Positions 27,843 through 37,970 of a stretch of DNA of 64,000 nt are shown one piece after another (the first letter of the stretch is position 1; each line of letters opens with the position of its first letter). The stretch is from positions 3,488,001 through 3,552,000 of the forward strand of contig CBDCXR010000004.1 in NCBI GenBank assembly GCA_965223845.1, written 5' to 3'. The translations under genes were made by a program, and so were the position numbers. The notes under the pieces are model-generated. The model worked only from the letters and a program-made list of their open reading frames with translations. It had not been told where the DNA came from and made no database searches. Source of the stretch: Planctomycetota bacterium (lineage in GTDB: Bacteria > Planctomycetota > UBA8108 > SXIK01).

Positions 27843-29903
27843 TCACTTGCAGTAGCGGGCGAGCCAATCGAAGAAGACTCGTTGCCAGAGGACCGCGTTC
27901 TGCGGCGACAGGACCCAGTGTCCCTCGTTGGGGAAGTGGAGGAACCGCGACGGAACGCCTTCCACCTGGGCTGCGGTGAACGCCTCGATCCCCTGCGTGA
28001 CCGGAACGCGGAAATCGTTCTCGCCGTGGATGACGAGAAGCGGCGTCTTCCAGCGACCGACGAAGCGGTGAGGCGAGAATCGATCGTAGCGCTCTCGCAG
28101 TGCCGCGCTTTTCCAGTAGGGCCCACCGAGGTCCCAGTTGACGAAAAACAGCTCTTCGGTCGAACCGTACATCGACTCGAGGTTGAAGACGCCGCAGTGG
28201 GCGATCATCGCGGCGAACCGGCCCTCGTCGTGACCCATGAGCCAGTACACGGTGTAACCGCCGAAGCTCGCGCCGACGGCCCCGACGCGGCGCGCGTCGA
28301 CGTACGGCTCGGTGAGCATGCTGTCGGTCGCAGCGAGGATGTCCTGCATCGCCTGCCCGCCCCAATCGCCGCTGATTTGGTCGTTCCACGCGCGACCGAA
28401 GCCGGGCATGCCGCGACGGTTGACCGCGAGGACGACGTATCCCTTCGCGGCCATCAGGTGGAAGTTCCACCGATACGAAAACCACTGACCGATCTGCCCC
28501 TGTGGTCCACCTTGGCAATAGGTGAGCAGCGGCCATTTCTTCGCGGGATCGAAGTCGGGCGGGTAGATCACCCAGTTGTGCACCTTCGCGCCGTCGCTCG
28601 AGCGCACGAAGCGCTCCTCGATCTTCGGGAGCTCGAGGGAGGCGTAGACCGAATCGTTGATCGCCGTCAGCTTCACCGGCTCGCTGCCGTCGACGGGCAC
28701 GTGATAGAGCTCGGACGGACGGAGCATGCTCTGGCGAGCGGCGACGAGTGCCGAGCCGTCGGGCGTCACGCCGCGGAGACTCCAGTTGAAGCGCCCGGTC
28801 GTGACTTGCTTGAGGCGCGCCGAGCGCACGTCGAGGGAGAAGATCTGGTGCGTCCCGCGATCTTCCGAGCTGAAGTAGACGCGCTTGCCGTCCGGGGACC
28901 ACGTCGCCTCGTGGGTCGTCCGATCGAGGCCGGTCGTGAGCTCGGTGATCGTTCCGTGCTGGCGATTGTAGAGAAGGATGCGATTCCGATCCGATTCGAA
29001 GCCGGCGCGCGCCATCGAGTGGAATGCGATCACGCTCCCGTCCGGGGAGTAGCTCGGCTCGACGTCGTAACCGTCGCGCCCTGCGGTGAAGCAGCGTAGG
29101 CGCGGCGGCTTCGTCACGTCCACGAGGTAGAGATCGGTGTCGGTCGACTCGGCCGGTCGCGCGACCATCTTCGATGTGAATGCGAGCTCCGTTCCGTCGG
29201 GCGACCAGTTGAAGTGCTCGCTTCCTGCGAACGGCGGCACGGGACAGTCGTAGCGAAGCCCCGCCATCACGTCGACGGCGTCCACCGCCTTACCGTCTTC
29301 GCCGATCTTCGCGACATGAAGGTGCCGGTAGCTCCCGTCGGCCCAGTGGTCCCAGTGGCGATACAGGAGGCCGTCGATGATACGAGCGTCGGCTTTCGGC
29401 AGATCGGGGTGCAGGTCGGCGAGGGAAGGATCCATCGAGACCGAAGCGCTGTAGGCGATGCGCGCTCCGTTCGACGACATCTTGAACCCACTCACGCCAC
29501 CCTCGACCTCGGTCACCGCCGCAAACGCGCCCGACCGTGGGTCGACGCGCCAGACTTGCGGCTTCTCCTCGGCGTCGCGCTTCGCAAGCAGGTAGATCGC
29601 CGTGCCGTTCGTCGTCGCGACCCACGCGATGTCCCCCGCGCTCGGAAGATCCGCTGCGAGCGTCCTCGGAGAGCCGCCGGCCGTCGGTACGATCTCGAGA
29701 CTCGATTTGCCGCTGTTCTCAGCGAGATCGTAGCGCCGAACCGTGTACGCGACGTGCATGCCGTCCGGTGAAACGGCGGACGCACCGAGGCGCCCGAGTT
29801 TCCACAGAAGCTCGGGCGAGAGGCGGTCGGCTCTCAGGTCGGAGCGGGCAACGAAAAGGGCGAGCAAGAAGAGAACAAAGAGGGTCGGACGTCGGGTCTG
29901 CAT
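27843..29903 (-). CDS. S9 family peptidase (prolyl oligopeptidase/dipeptidyl aminopeptidase type), secreted
   Basis: Signal MQTRRPTLFVLFLLALFVA; repeated SPDG propeller blades; QGGPQ, GASFGG nucleophile, HGENDFRV, EGHW. Start trimmed to ATG 29903. Confidence 0.95.
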   Translation of the reverse strand: MQTRRPTLFVLFLLALFVARSDLRADRLSPELLWKLGRLGASAVSPDGMHVAYTVRRYDLAENSGKSSLEIVPTAGGSPRTLAADLPSAGDIAWVATTNGTAIYLLAKRDAEEKPQVWRVDPRSGAFAAVTEVEGGVSGFKMSSNGARIAYSASVSMDPSLADLHPDLPKADARIIDGLLYRHWDHWADGSYRHLHVAKIGEDGKAVDAVDVMAGLRYDCPVPPFAGSEHFNWSPDGTELAFTSKMVARPAESTDTDLYLVDVTKPPRLRCFTAGRDGYDVEPSYSPDGSVIAFHSMARAGFESDRNRILLYNRQHGTITELTTGLDRTTHEATWSPDGKRVYFSSEDRGTHQIFSLDVRSARLKQVTTGRFNWSLRGVTPDGSALVAARQSMLRPSELYHVPVDGSEPVKLTAINDSVYASLELPKIEERFVRSSDGAKVHNWVIYPPDFDPAKKWPLLTYCQGGPQGQIGQWFSYRWNFHLMAAKGYVVLAVNRRGMPGFGRAWNDQISGDWGGQAMQDILAATDSMLTEPYVDARRVGAVGASFGGYTVYWLMGHDEGRFAAMIAHCGVFNLESMYGSTEELFFVNWDLGGPYWKSAALRERYDRFSPHRFVGRWKTPLLVIHGENDFRVPVTQGIEAFTAAQVEGVPSRFLHFPNEGHWVLSPQNAVLWQRVFFDWLARYCK

Positions 29904-30269
29904 AGGATGTCGCTTCGGTTTTGTGACGTGAAAGAAAGCGAATCTGAGCGATCGCCCCCACGAAACCATCGTCGGCTCGAACGCGAACCGGCTCGATGGA
30001 AGGGCACGCAGCGCGCCGACAAGGCGCGGAGCGGCACATCTTCGGAACGTGGGTGAGGCTTCCCCGGGCGGGACGGGTTCCCCGAGTGGGAAGCGCACAT
30101 CTTCGCCTCCGCATGGCCGCGATGAAAGATCGCGTTCGCGTTCGGCGCGCGGAAGATCCGGACAGCGTACGGCGCGTCACTCCCGCCGGCGCTTTTCGGT
30201 CGCGAGCGAATCGAGTAGCCTGGCCAGTCGATCTGAATTCGACGCTACCCGCAAACCAGGAGATCACCC

Positions 30270-31187
30270 GTGGCCGACATTCCCCTTCGCCCGCTCGGCA
30301 ACTCCGGCGAGTCCGTCTCCGCGCTCTGTCTCGGTGGCGGGCACATCGGCTTCACCGGCATGGCGTCGTCCGAGGCGATTCGCATCGTCGAGCACGCCAT
30401 CGAGAACGGGATCACCTTCATCGACTCGGCGTGGGAGTACCACAACGGCCGATCGGAGGCGCTGATCGGACAGGCGATTCGCGGCCGGCGCGACGACGTG
30501 TTTCTCATGACGAAGGTCTGCTCGCGCGAGCGCGGAGGAGCGCTCGAGCAGCTCGAGGACAGCCTCCGGCGCTTCGGCACGGATCGCATCGACCTCTGGC
30601 AGTTCCACGAAGTGAACTACGCGAACGACCACGAATGGATCTTCGCCCCCGGCGGCGCCGCCGAGGCGGGACTCGAGGCCGTGAAGTCGGGCAAAGTGAG
30701 ATACCTCGGTTTCACCGGGCACAAGGATCCGGAGTTTCTGCTCTCGATGCTCGAGTACGACTACCCGTGGACGACGTGCCAGCTCCCGATCAACATCCTC
30801 GACGCGAGTTTCCGAAGCTTCGTCGGCCGCGTCGTACCGGAGCTCACGAAACGGGGAATCGGTCCACTCGGAATGAAGAGCCTCGGCGGCGAAGGGCAGC
30901 TCGTCACGAGTGCGGGCCTCTCGCCGGACGACTGCATTCGGTTTGCTCTATCGCAGCCGATTTCGAGTCTCGTCTCCGGCATGGACTCGACGAAGATCGT
31001 CGATCAGAACGTCGCGATCGCGCGCAAGTTCACGCCGATGTCGGACGAGGACCAATCGGCGCTCGTCGAGCGAACGCGCGGCATCGCGAGCGACGGTCGC
31101 TACGAATGGTCGAAAACGACTCACCGCTTCGACAGCAAGTACCACCGGGAGCAGCACGGGTTTCCGGAGAAGTTGGTGCTGGGTTAG
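30270..31187 (+). CDS. Aldo/keto reductase
   Basis: RPLGNSGESVSALCLGG, FIDSAWEY, FLMTK, IDLWQFH, GKVRYLGFTGH; CAGGAG SD. Confidence 0.93.
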   Translation: MADIPLRPLGNSGESVSALCLGGGHIGFTGMASSEAIRIVEHAIENGITFIDSAWEYHNGRSEALIGQAIRGRRDDVFLMTKVCSRERGGALEQLEDSLRRFGTDRIDLWQFHEVNYANDHEWIFAPGGAAEAGLEAVKSGKVRYLGFTGHKDPEFLLSMLEYDYPWTTCQLPINILDASFRSFVGRVVPELTKRGIGPLGMKSLGGEGQLVTSAGLSPDDCIRFALSQPISSLVSGMDSTKIVDQNVAIARKFTPMSDEDQSALVERTRGIASDGRYEWSKTTHRFDSKYHREQHGFPEKLVLG

Positions 31188-31247
31188 CGACGCGCTCCGC
31201 TCCCGATTTCAACCGATTCGGGAACGGGAACGGGAACAGCGGAAGAC

Positions 31248-34200
31248 TTACGCGTCCGCTCGCGTCTCTGCCGCTCCCCGTCCAGACACCATCGAGTAAA
31301 GCACCGGCACCATAAACAGCGTCATCACCGCCGAGACGCCGATCCCGAAGACGATACTCACCGCGAACGGTGTCCAGACTCGACTCACGCCGCCGAATCC
31401 GAGCGCGAGCGGAAGTAGATTGCAGATCGTGGTGCACGCCGTGAGAACGATCGGACGGAAGCGCTCGCCGCTCGCCTGAAGGATCGCCGGCGCGAACGCG
31501 AGTCCTTCGCGGCGCCGCCGGTTCATGAAGTCGACGAGCATCAGGCTTTCGTTCACGACGACGCCCGCGAGCCCGATGATCGCGATGAAAGTCGGGATCG
31601 TGAACGGCTGCTGGCGGACGAGGAGTCCGAGCAAGACGCCGAGAACGCTGAACGGTACGACAGCCATCACGACGAAGGGCTGGGAGAAGCTGCGGAACTG
31701 CGAGGCGAGGACGACGTAGATGAGGACGAGCGCGACCCAAAAACTCCGCCGCTGATCGTCCATGCTCTCGGTCGTCTCTTCGAATTCCCCGCCAAACGTG
31801 AGTCGGACGCCCGGGTAGCGAGTCTCGGCGTCCGCAAACACGCGCTGGAGGCGCTCGTTGACCTGTGGCCCGGTCGCGATGACTCCGTCCACATCCGCCG
31901 TGACGAGCACGGTCCGCTTCGTGTCGTAGTGGTAGTAGCTCGAGTTCGGACGCCAGACGTCGACCTCTGCGATCTCCCCGAGCGGAACGAGCCCGGCACC
32001 GGTACCCCGCACATCGACATCGAGGAGATCTTTCGGCGTCAAACGATCCGCCGCCGCGTACTGAACGCGCACGTCGACGTCCTCGTCGAGCCGGCGGTCC
32101 TTCACACTGCCGTGGATGAGACCGTCGTTCGCGGCACGGAGCGCGAGTGCGGCGTCCTCGGGAAAGAACCCGAGCGCCGAAGCGCGTTCCGTCTCGAGGG
32201 AGAATCGATACTCCTTCGGACCGAGGTCGAAGTTGTCGGAGATCGAGTCGACGCCCTCGATCGTCCTGAGCTCTCGCTTGATCTCCTCGGCGACGCGCTG
32301 CGCGGCTTGGTAGTCGTTCGACTCGACCCGCACGGCCACCGGTCGTCCGAGCGGCGGCCCGTCACGCGGCGCGAACACCTCGACCAGGTCGAAGCGATGT
32401 TCGCTCTGCGCCTTCACGCTCGCATCGATTCCTGCCCGCAGCTCCCGGATGAGTTGCTCGGGATCGGCCATCAGCTCGGGAATATCGGCGAGTGTGCCCA
32501 TGAAGAACGCGACGTCCGGACGGCGAAGGATCACCCCGTCGACCGTCATGCGAAAGCCGACGATCGTGTAATAGTTGACGAGAAGGCCCTTCCGGTGAAG
32601 CTTGTCGAGCTCCTCCTCGATGAGACGCGCCGCATCGTCGCTCTGCTCGAGACTGTAGGACGGATCGCCCTTGAACGTCACGAACACGGCGTTGAAGTCG
32701 CTCACCCACGGATCCTGCGGAATGTTGAGCACGAGCCCGACGAGAAGCACGGAGCCACCGAGTACGAGCGCGAGGAACGCGAGGCGGAAGCGAAGCACGA
32801 GCCGGAGCGCGGCGAGATAGACTTTTCGCCCCCCGTCAAAGACCGCTCCCCGCATTCCACTGAAAAACCTTCCGACCGGTCCCGGTTTTCGTCCCTTCGT
32901 GCGCGCGCCGAAGTCGAGATAGTGAACGGGAAGGACGGTCACGCACTGAACGACGGAGAAGATGAGCGCGAGAATGACGACCTTCGGGATGAAACTGAAA
33001 AACTTGCCGGACACACCCGTTTGAAGAAGGAGAGGCGACATCGCGGCGACCGTCGTGAGACAGGCGTTGAAGACGGGCCAAGCCACCTCGGATGCGCCCT
33101 CGAGAACCGCCTCGCGAATCGGCTTTCCCAGCTCCACGTGCCGGTAGATGTTCTCGAGCGTCACGATCGCGTCGTCGACGAGCATCCCTCCGACGAGCAC
33201 CATGCCGAAGAGCGTGAGGTTATTGATGCTCATGTCCGCGGAGGGAAAGAGGATGAACGCGCAGAGGTATGCGAACGGAACGCCGACGAGAGCGATGAGT
33301 GCGTTTCGAAGGCCCACCGCGAAAAAGAGGATCACCGCGACGAGACAGATCCCCCGCGAGAGATTGTCGAGAAGCACGGAGAACCGACTCCGCACGACAT
33401 CCGACTGATCGCCGACGATCTCCCACACGAAGCCGGCCGGCGCCTGCTCCATGAAGGCATCGATCACCCGACCGCAGTCTTCGCGGATCGAGATCGTGTC
33501 GCTGTCCTCTTCCTTCGCGATGTTGAGAACGATCGCCCGCTTCCCGTTCATGCGGGTGATTTCGCGCTCGGGCTCGAAGCCCTCCTCGACGCGAGCCACG
33601 TCGCGCACTCGGATCGGCGAGGCGCCCGGAACGAGACGCACAACGGCGCGCTCGATGTCTTCGCGATCGAGATGCTCGGCGTCGAAGCGGAGGCGGATCT
33701 CTTCTTCTCCGCCGCCTAGAGCTCCGGGCGGCGGCGCGAGACCCTCGCGCCGAATCGCTCCCGCGGAATGCGAACGACTCGAGCGCTGGAGCGCCGTGAG
33801 AACATCGAGAACCGATACGTCCGCACGTCGCGCGGCCAAGCGGTCGATGAGGACGCGATACTCGCGTTTTCGGTATCCTCCGTAAGTGACCTTCGTCACC
33901 CCCGGAACGGCGGTCAGCCGCTGCCGGAGCTCGCGTCCAACCTCGCGCAGCATCAGCTCGGTCGCAGATTCGTCCTCGCTGAAGAGAACGATCGAGAATA
34001 GCGGCCAGACTTCGCTCGTCGTCAGCTTCTGAAGGAACGGAGTCTCCGCGTCCTCGGGAAGATCCGTCGCGCGGTCGAGCGCGGCGCGGAGATCGTTGAA
34101 CGCGATCTCGAACTCGGCGTCGGTGAGCCCCTCATCGAACTTGACGTCGATGAAGCTCATCCCGGGGAGAGAATCACTGACGATCCGCTTCACTCCCGAG

Positions 34201-34424
34201 ATGTCTTCGATCTCATCCTCGAGCTCATTCGTGACGAGGCGCTCGACGTCTTCGGGGCTCGCACCGTCCCAGATCGTCGTGATCCAAGCCTCGGCCAGGG
34301 TCACCTCCGGCCACGGATCGACGGGGAGACGTCGAAAGACCCCGACGCCGACTCCGATGAGGAGCACGAAGAGAAGATTGATCAGCACGCGCTGATCGAG
34401 GGCGAGCGAGATGAGCGGCTTCAT
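31248..34424 (-). CDS. RND efflux permease (AcrB/AcrD/AcrF family)
   Basis: GASPEDVE, GMLVDDAIVTLENI, GVVVNES, RFRPIVLT; start MKPLIS at 34424 in an ATGA overlap with the adaptor stop. Confidence 0.95.
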   Translation of the reverse strand: MKPLISLALDQRVLINLLFVLLIGVGVGVFRRLPVDPWPEVTLAEAWITTIWDGASPEDVERLVTNELEDEIEDISGVKRIVSDSLPGMSFIDVKFDEGLTDAEFEIAFNDLRAALDRATDLPEDAETPFLQKLTTSEVWPLFSIVLFSEDESATELMLREVGRELRQRLTAVPGVTKVTYGGYRKREYRVLIDRLAARRADVSVLDVLTALQRSSRSHSAGAIRREGLAPPPGALGGGEEEIRLRFDAEHLDREDIERAVVRLVPGASPIRVRDVARVEEGFEPEREITRMNGKRAIVLNIAKEEDSDTISIREDCGRVIDAFMEQAPAGFVWEIVGDQSDVVRSRFSVLLDNLSRGICLVAVILFFAVGLRNALIALVGVPFAYLCAFILFPSADMSINNLTLFGMVLVGGMLVDDAIVTLENIYRHVELGKPIREAVLEGASEVAWPVFNACLTTVAAMSPLLLQTGVSGKFFSFIPKVVILALIFSVVQCVTVLPVHYLDFGARTKGRKPGPVGRFFSGMRGAVFDGGRKVYLAALRLVLRFRLAFLALVLGGSVLLVGLVLNIPQDPWVSDFNAVFVTFKGDPSYSLEQSDDAARLIEEELDKLHRKGLLVNYYTIVGFRMTVDGVILRRPDVAFFMGTLADIPELMADPEQLIRELRAGIDASVKAQSEHRFDLVEVFAPRDGPPLGRPVAVRVESNDYQAAQRVAEEIKRELRTIEGVDSISDNFDLGPKEYRFSLETERASALGFFPEDAALALRAANDGLIHGSVKDRRLDEDVDVRVQYAAADRLTPKDLLDVDVRGTGAGLVPLGEIAEVDVWRPNSSYYHYDTKRTVLVTADVDGVIATGPQVNERLQRVFADAETRYPGVRLTFGGEFEETTESMDDQRRSFWVALVLIYVVLASQFRSFSQPFVVMAVVPFSVLGVLLGLLVRQQPFTIPTFIAIIGLAGVVVNESLMLVDFMNRRRREGLAFAPAILQASGERFRPIVLTACTTICNLLPLALGFGGVSRVWTPFAVSIVFGIGVSAVMTLFMVPVLYSMVSGRGAAETRADA

Positions 34425-35626
34425 GGCGAACCGGAAGATCGCACTTCCGCCCCCGGCGAGAGTTGATCGATCGGTGAGGCGATCAATCGATCGCCGGCGC
34501 TGACTCCGGCTTCTACGTGCCAAAAACCAGGCTCGTCGGCGACGGAGCGAACTTCGACGGTTCTCACCGCGGCGCGAAGCTCCTCACCGTCCGGGACGAC
34601 GACGTACACCGAGCGCTGACCGAATCGGTCGAAGACGATTTCCTTAGGAACGAGAAGGAGCGTCTTCGTACGTCCGACCCGAAACCGAGCCCGGGCGAAA
34701 AGTCCCGGAACGAGATCTCGGTTCTCGTTCGGGAGACGAACGATCACGGGAAAACGCCGCGATTCGGAGCGAGCGCCGGCGGGGAGCTCGCTGATCACGC
34801 AGCCCTCGCGATCCGAGGGGATCGAGTGGAGCGCGGGATCGACGTCGACGATCTCGACGCGAGCGGAGTCGCCGACGCGAAGCGAGAGCCTCACTTCGGC
34901 CGGAACCTCGACGGCGAGCTCGAGCGGATCGAGGACGCGCAGCTCCCCGATCGGTGCGCCGGTGCGCAGGTACTCGCCGACCTGGGCGTGATCCCGAAAC
35001 CAGACACCCGCGCGCGGAGCCGAAACGCGACAGCGCGAGAGATAGAGCTCCGCTTCGCGTTCGGCCGCGGCACTGGCCGTTCGCTCGGCCTCGATCGCGA
35101 GCAGCTCCGAGCGGAGTCGGTCCTCTTCGGCGACTCCGAGCGACCCCTCCGCGACGAGCTTCTTCACGCGGTCGAGCTCCGTGCGGAGAAACGCCGCCCG
35201 CGCTTCGAGTCCGACACCCCGCGCTCGCGCACTTTCGACGCGCGCCGAGTAGAAGACATTCTCGAGCCTAGCGATCTCTTCCCCGGCCTCGACCAACTCT
35301 CCTTCGTTCTTCCCGATCGCTTCGAGCTTGCCGTCGGTCTCCGCGGCGAGGGTGATCGTCGATGGCGACTCGAGGAATCCGGTCGACTCGTAGATGACCT
35401 CCTTCTCGGTCGCCTGAAGCTCGAGCACGCGAACCTCGATCGCGACATCCGTCTCGGGCGGCTCGATGTCTCGCATGCGATCGGAGAACTCCGCCATGAG
35501 GTCGAGTCCGATCCAGGCAAGAAAGAGAGCCACCGCGATGACGAGCACCGTCACGCTCAAATAAACGGGCTTCGGTACTCGGGGGAGGGGTTCGGCCGGA
35601 GGCGGCGCGGTGTCGGACTGGTGCAT
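34421..35626 (-). CDS. RND periplasmic adaptor (membrane fusion protein)
   Basis: N-terminal TM; LAAETDGKL...GELVEAGEEIARL; VSAPRAG; LVPGLFAR; GVSAGDRLI. Confidence 0.92.
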   Translation of the reverse strand: MHQSDTAPPPAEPLPRVPKPVYLSVTVLVIAVALFLAWIGLDLMAEFSDRMRDIEPPETDVAIEVRVLELQATEKEVIYESTGFLESPSTITLAAETDGKLEAIGKNEGELVEAGEEIARLENVFYSARVESARARGVGLEARAAFLRTELDRVKKLVAEGSLGVAEEDRLRSELLAIEAERTASAAAEREAELYLSRCRVSAPRAGVWFRDHAQVGEYLRTGAPIGELRVLDPLELAVEVPAEVRLSLRVGDSARVEIVDVDPALHSIPSDREGCVISELPAGARSESRRFPVIVRLPNENRDLVPGLFARARFRVGRTKTLLLVPKEIVFDRFGQRSVYVVVPDGEELRAAVRTVEVRSVADEPGFWHVEAGVSAGDRLIASPIDQLSPGAEVRSSGSP

Positions 35627-35629
35627 CGC

Positions 35630-37204
35630 TTAGCGGTCCTCGGCAGGATCTCGATGGGATTCGCCTTCAGGTTCGCCCTCGACTTCGGATTCGGGCTCGG
35701 GGCTCGACTTCGGATCAGAAGGGTCGCCGTCGAGCGGCGCATCACCGAGCTCTTCCGACTCGAATTCCTCGATCGCCCCGTCCTCTCCGCCCACACCGCA
35801 GGCGTGAAGGAGTCGCGCGTAGGTGAGCAGAAGCTCGAATCGCGCGCGGATGCGAATCGAGCGTTCGGTGTCGAGCAGCGATTCGGCCTCGAGAACCTCC
35901 TGTCCGTTGGCGCGCCCTTCGCGAAAGAGGTCGCGCACTCGCCCGAGATGCTCTTCGGCCTGCGCGACGACGACGGCCGCGACCTCGATACGATCCTGCG
36001 AGCGAACGAGAGCCCGCTCGATACGCCGCACGTCGGCTACGACACGTCGCTGAAACGCGCGCTGCTCGGCGCGAACGGCGTCGGCGTTCGCCTGGAGCTC
36101 GGAGGCACGGAAGCGACGGCGCCCGCCCGCGAACACTTCCCACGTCGCGTTCACTCCGCCCGAGAAGAAGCTCGGGTCGCCGAAATCGCTCTCCGTTGAG
36201 CTGTACTCGTGCTGCGCAAAGAGATCGACCGAGGGAAGGAAGGTCGCGAGCTCCGATCGGCGCGCGTCGAGGATGGCGCGGTGCTCCGAGTCGAATGCGC
36301 GCAACTCGGGACGGTGAGTGAGCGCGAGCGCCTCCCAGGGAAGACGCAGCGCTCGCTCGACGGAAACGTCGTCCGGCGCGGCGAGCTCGATGCGCGCGCC
36401 GGGAGGTTGGTCGAGAAGGCGGGCGAGCTCCTCGGTTTCGCTCACGATCAAGTCGTCGAGGCTCCGAAGATCGAACCTTCGCTGCGCGACGCGAGCTTCG
36501 ACGATGAGGACGTCGGCCTGTGTCGCCCGTCCGACGGAGCGGAGATCCCGAGCGAGCTTCGCGCTTCCTTCGAGGCTCTCGACGGACGCGGCGAGCGCGA
36601 GACGCTCCTGGTCGAGACCGAGGATCGAGTAGTAGACGCGGGCCACCTCGAGGTCGAGATCCTGATCGGCTCGGTCCTTTCGCGCTCGCACGCTCAACCA
36701 CTCTTGTTGAGCCCCGCGGTGAGCGAAGTGCGCTCGGCCCCAATCGAGCACGTTGTAGGCGAGAGTCGTCCGCTGCGTGAAGAGGTCTCGATCGACGAAC
36801 ACGATGTCGTTTCCCCCCGGGTCGCGGAAGGACAGTTCTTCGTCGCGGCGTACGAACCGCGACTCCGTGGCGAGGCGCGGGAAGTACGACGCGCGTGCCT
36901 GGCGAACGCGATTTCGCAGCGCACGCACACGCGCCTCCCACTGCTCGACCGAAGGACTCCGCGCTCGGGCTTCCTCTTGGAGCTGACGGAGGGAGAGCGG
37001 TCCCGCGTAGCCGTAGTCGCCGCTCGAATCCCGTGCCTCCACCTGCGCGACAGCGCTCTCGCTGCTCGAAACGGAAATCGCGACGATCGGCGCCGGTTCG
37101 AGCCGCGGAAGACGCGGCGGGACGATCGGGGCGCGCGATACCGCGCAAGCGGCGATCCCCACGACCATCGATACGGCGGCGAGAGCTCGCCCGATCGTCG
37201 TCAT
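35630..37204 (-). CDS. TolC-family outer-membrane efflux lipoprotein
   Basis: Lipobox-like GIAAC; two OEP repeats (ARASYFPRL, LATFLPSVDL); start ATG 37204 in a TGATG overlap with the TetR stop. Confidence 0.9.
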   Translation of the reverse strand: MTTIGRALAAVSMVVGIAACAVSRAPIVPPRLPRLEPAPIVAISVSSSESAVAQVEARDSSGDYGYAGPLSLRQLQEEARARSPSVEQWEARVRALRNRVRQARASYFPRLATESRFVRRDEELSFRDPGGNDIVFVDRDLFTQRTTLAYNVLDWGRAHFAHRGAQQEWLSVRARKDRADQDLDLEVARVYYSILGLDQERLALAASVESLEGSAKLARDLRSVGRATQADVLIVEARVAQRRFDLRSLDDLIVSETEELARLLDQPPGARIELAAPDDVSVERALRLPWEALALTHRPELRAFDSEHRAILDARRSELATFLPSVDLFAQHEYSSTESDFGDPSFFSGGVNATWEVFAGGRRRFRASELQANADAVRAEQRAFQRRVVADVRRIERALVRSQDRIEVAAVVVAQAEEHLGRVRDLFREGRANGQEVLEAESLLDTERSIRIRARFELLLTYARLLHACGVGGEDGAIEEFESEELGDAPLDGDPSDPKSSPEPESEVEGEPEGESHRDPAEDR

Positions 37205-37830
37205 CACGGGTCGCCACCCTCTCTCGGAGGCGCCAGCGCGCTCAAGAGGAGTCGCTTGAAGACGGGCTCGAACGCTTCGGGATCGATGTCCGTCGACGCG
37301 AACACCCGTGCGTAGGTGTACCCATCGAGCGCGCACATGAGGAGCGTGGCGACATGGCCCGGATCGACGTCACGCCGCACCACCCCACGCTCCTGCCCAC
37401 GAACGAGACCTCGCGCGAGCGCCTCGCGGAATTCGCGGTAGAGCTCGCGAAATCCGTGATGGCACTGGTCACGGTAGCGCTCGTCGTACGAGAGTCGGGC
37501 CCAAAGGGTAAAGTAGAGCGGCATCCGCTCGAGAAAGGTCGGCACCTCGCCGAGCATGGCGTCGAGGAGCTCGCCGAGGGTCGCGCCGGGATCATCCGAC
37601 GCCAGGAACGCCGCGTCGACCGCGCTCGGATCGACGTCATGGCCCGCGAGGCAAAGCTCGATGAAGAGATTCTCTTTCGAGCTGAAGTACTGGTAGAGCG
37701 TCCCCTTCCCAACGCGACACGTGTCAGCGATGTCCTGCATCGTCGTCCCCGTGAAGCCGTTCTCGAGGAACGCGCGAGTCGCACCCTCGATGAGGGCTCT
37801 CCGTTTCTGAGATCGATCGAGGGCGCACAC
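37204..37830 (-). CDS. TetR/AcrR-family transcriptional regulator
   Basis: HTH GFTGTTMQDIADTCRVGKGTLYQYFSSKENLF. Confidence 0.95.
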   Translation of the reverse strand: MCALDRSQKRRALIEGATRAFLENGFTGTTMQDIADTCRVGKGTLYQYFSSKENLFIELCLAGHDVDPSAVDAAFLASDDPGATLGELLDAMLGEVPTFLERMPLYFTLWARLSYDERYRDQCHHGFRELYREFREALARGLVRGQERGVVRRDVDPGHVATLLMCALDGYTYARVFASTDIDPEAFEPVFKRLLLSALAPPREGGDP

Positions 37831-37837
37831 GTCGGAT

Positions 37838-37918
37838 ACCGACTGGTCGAGCTACAGACTCACCACAAGAACCTTTTATTACAAGGTTTGGGTTCCTACA
37901 AGAACCGACTGGTCAGTT
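37838..37918. promoter_or_regulatory. Two TetR-type operator boxes sharing ACCGACTGGTC
   Basis: Identical 11-mer at 37838-37848 and 37904-37914; the second sits in the imperfect palindrome AACCGACTGGTCAGTT; AT-rich stretch between them. Confidence 0.75.
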
Positions 37919-37970
37919 TTTTCCTTCGCCAAACTCAAGATCGGGCGCTCGATTCGCCCCGCCGCTGCGG

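Noticed and set aside
31220-31237. (GGGAAC)3 microsatellite between convergent genes
   Set aside because: Only three units and not seen elsewhere in the window; no function supportable.
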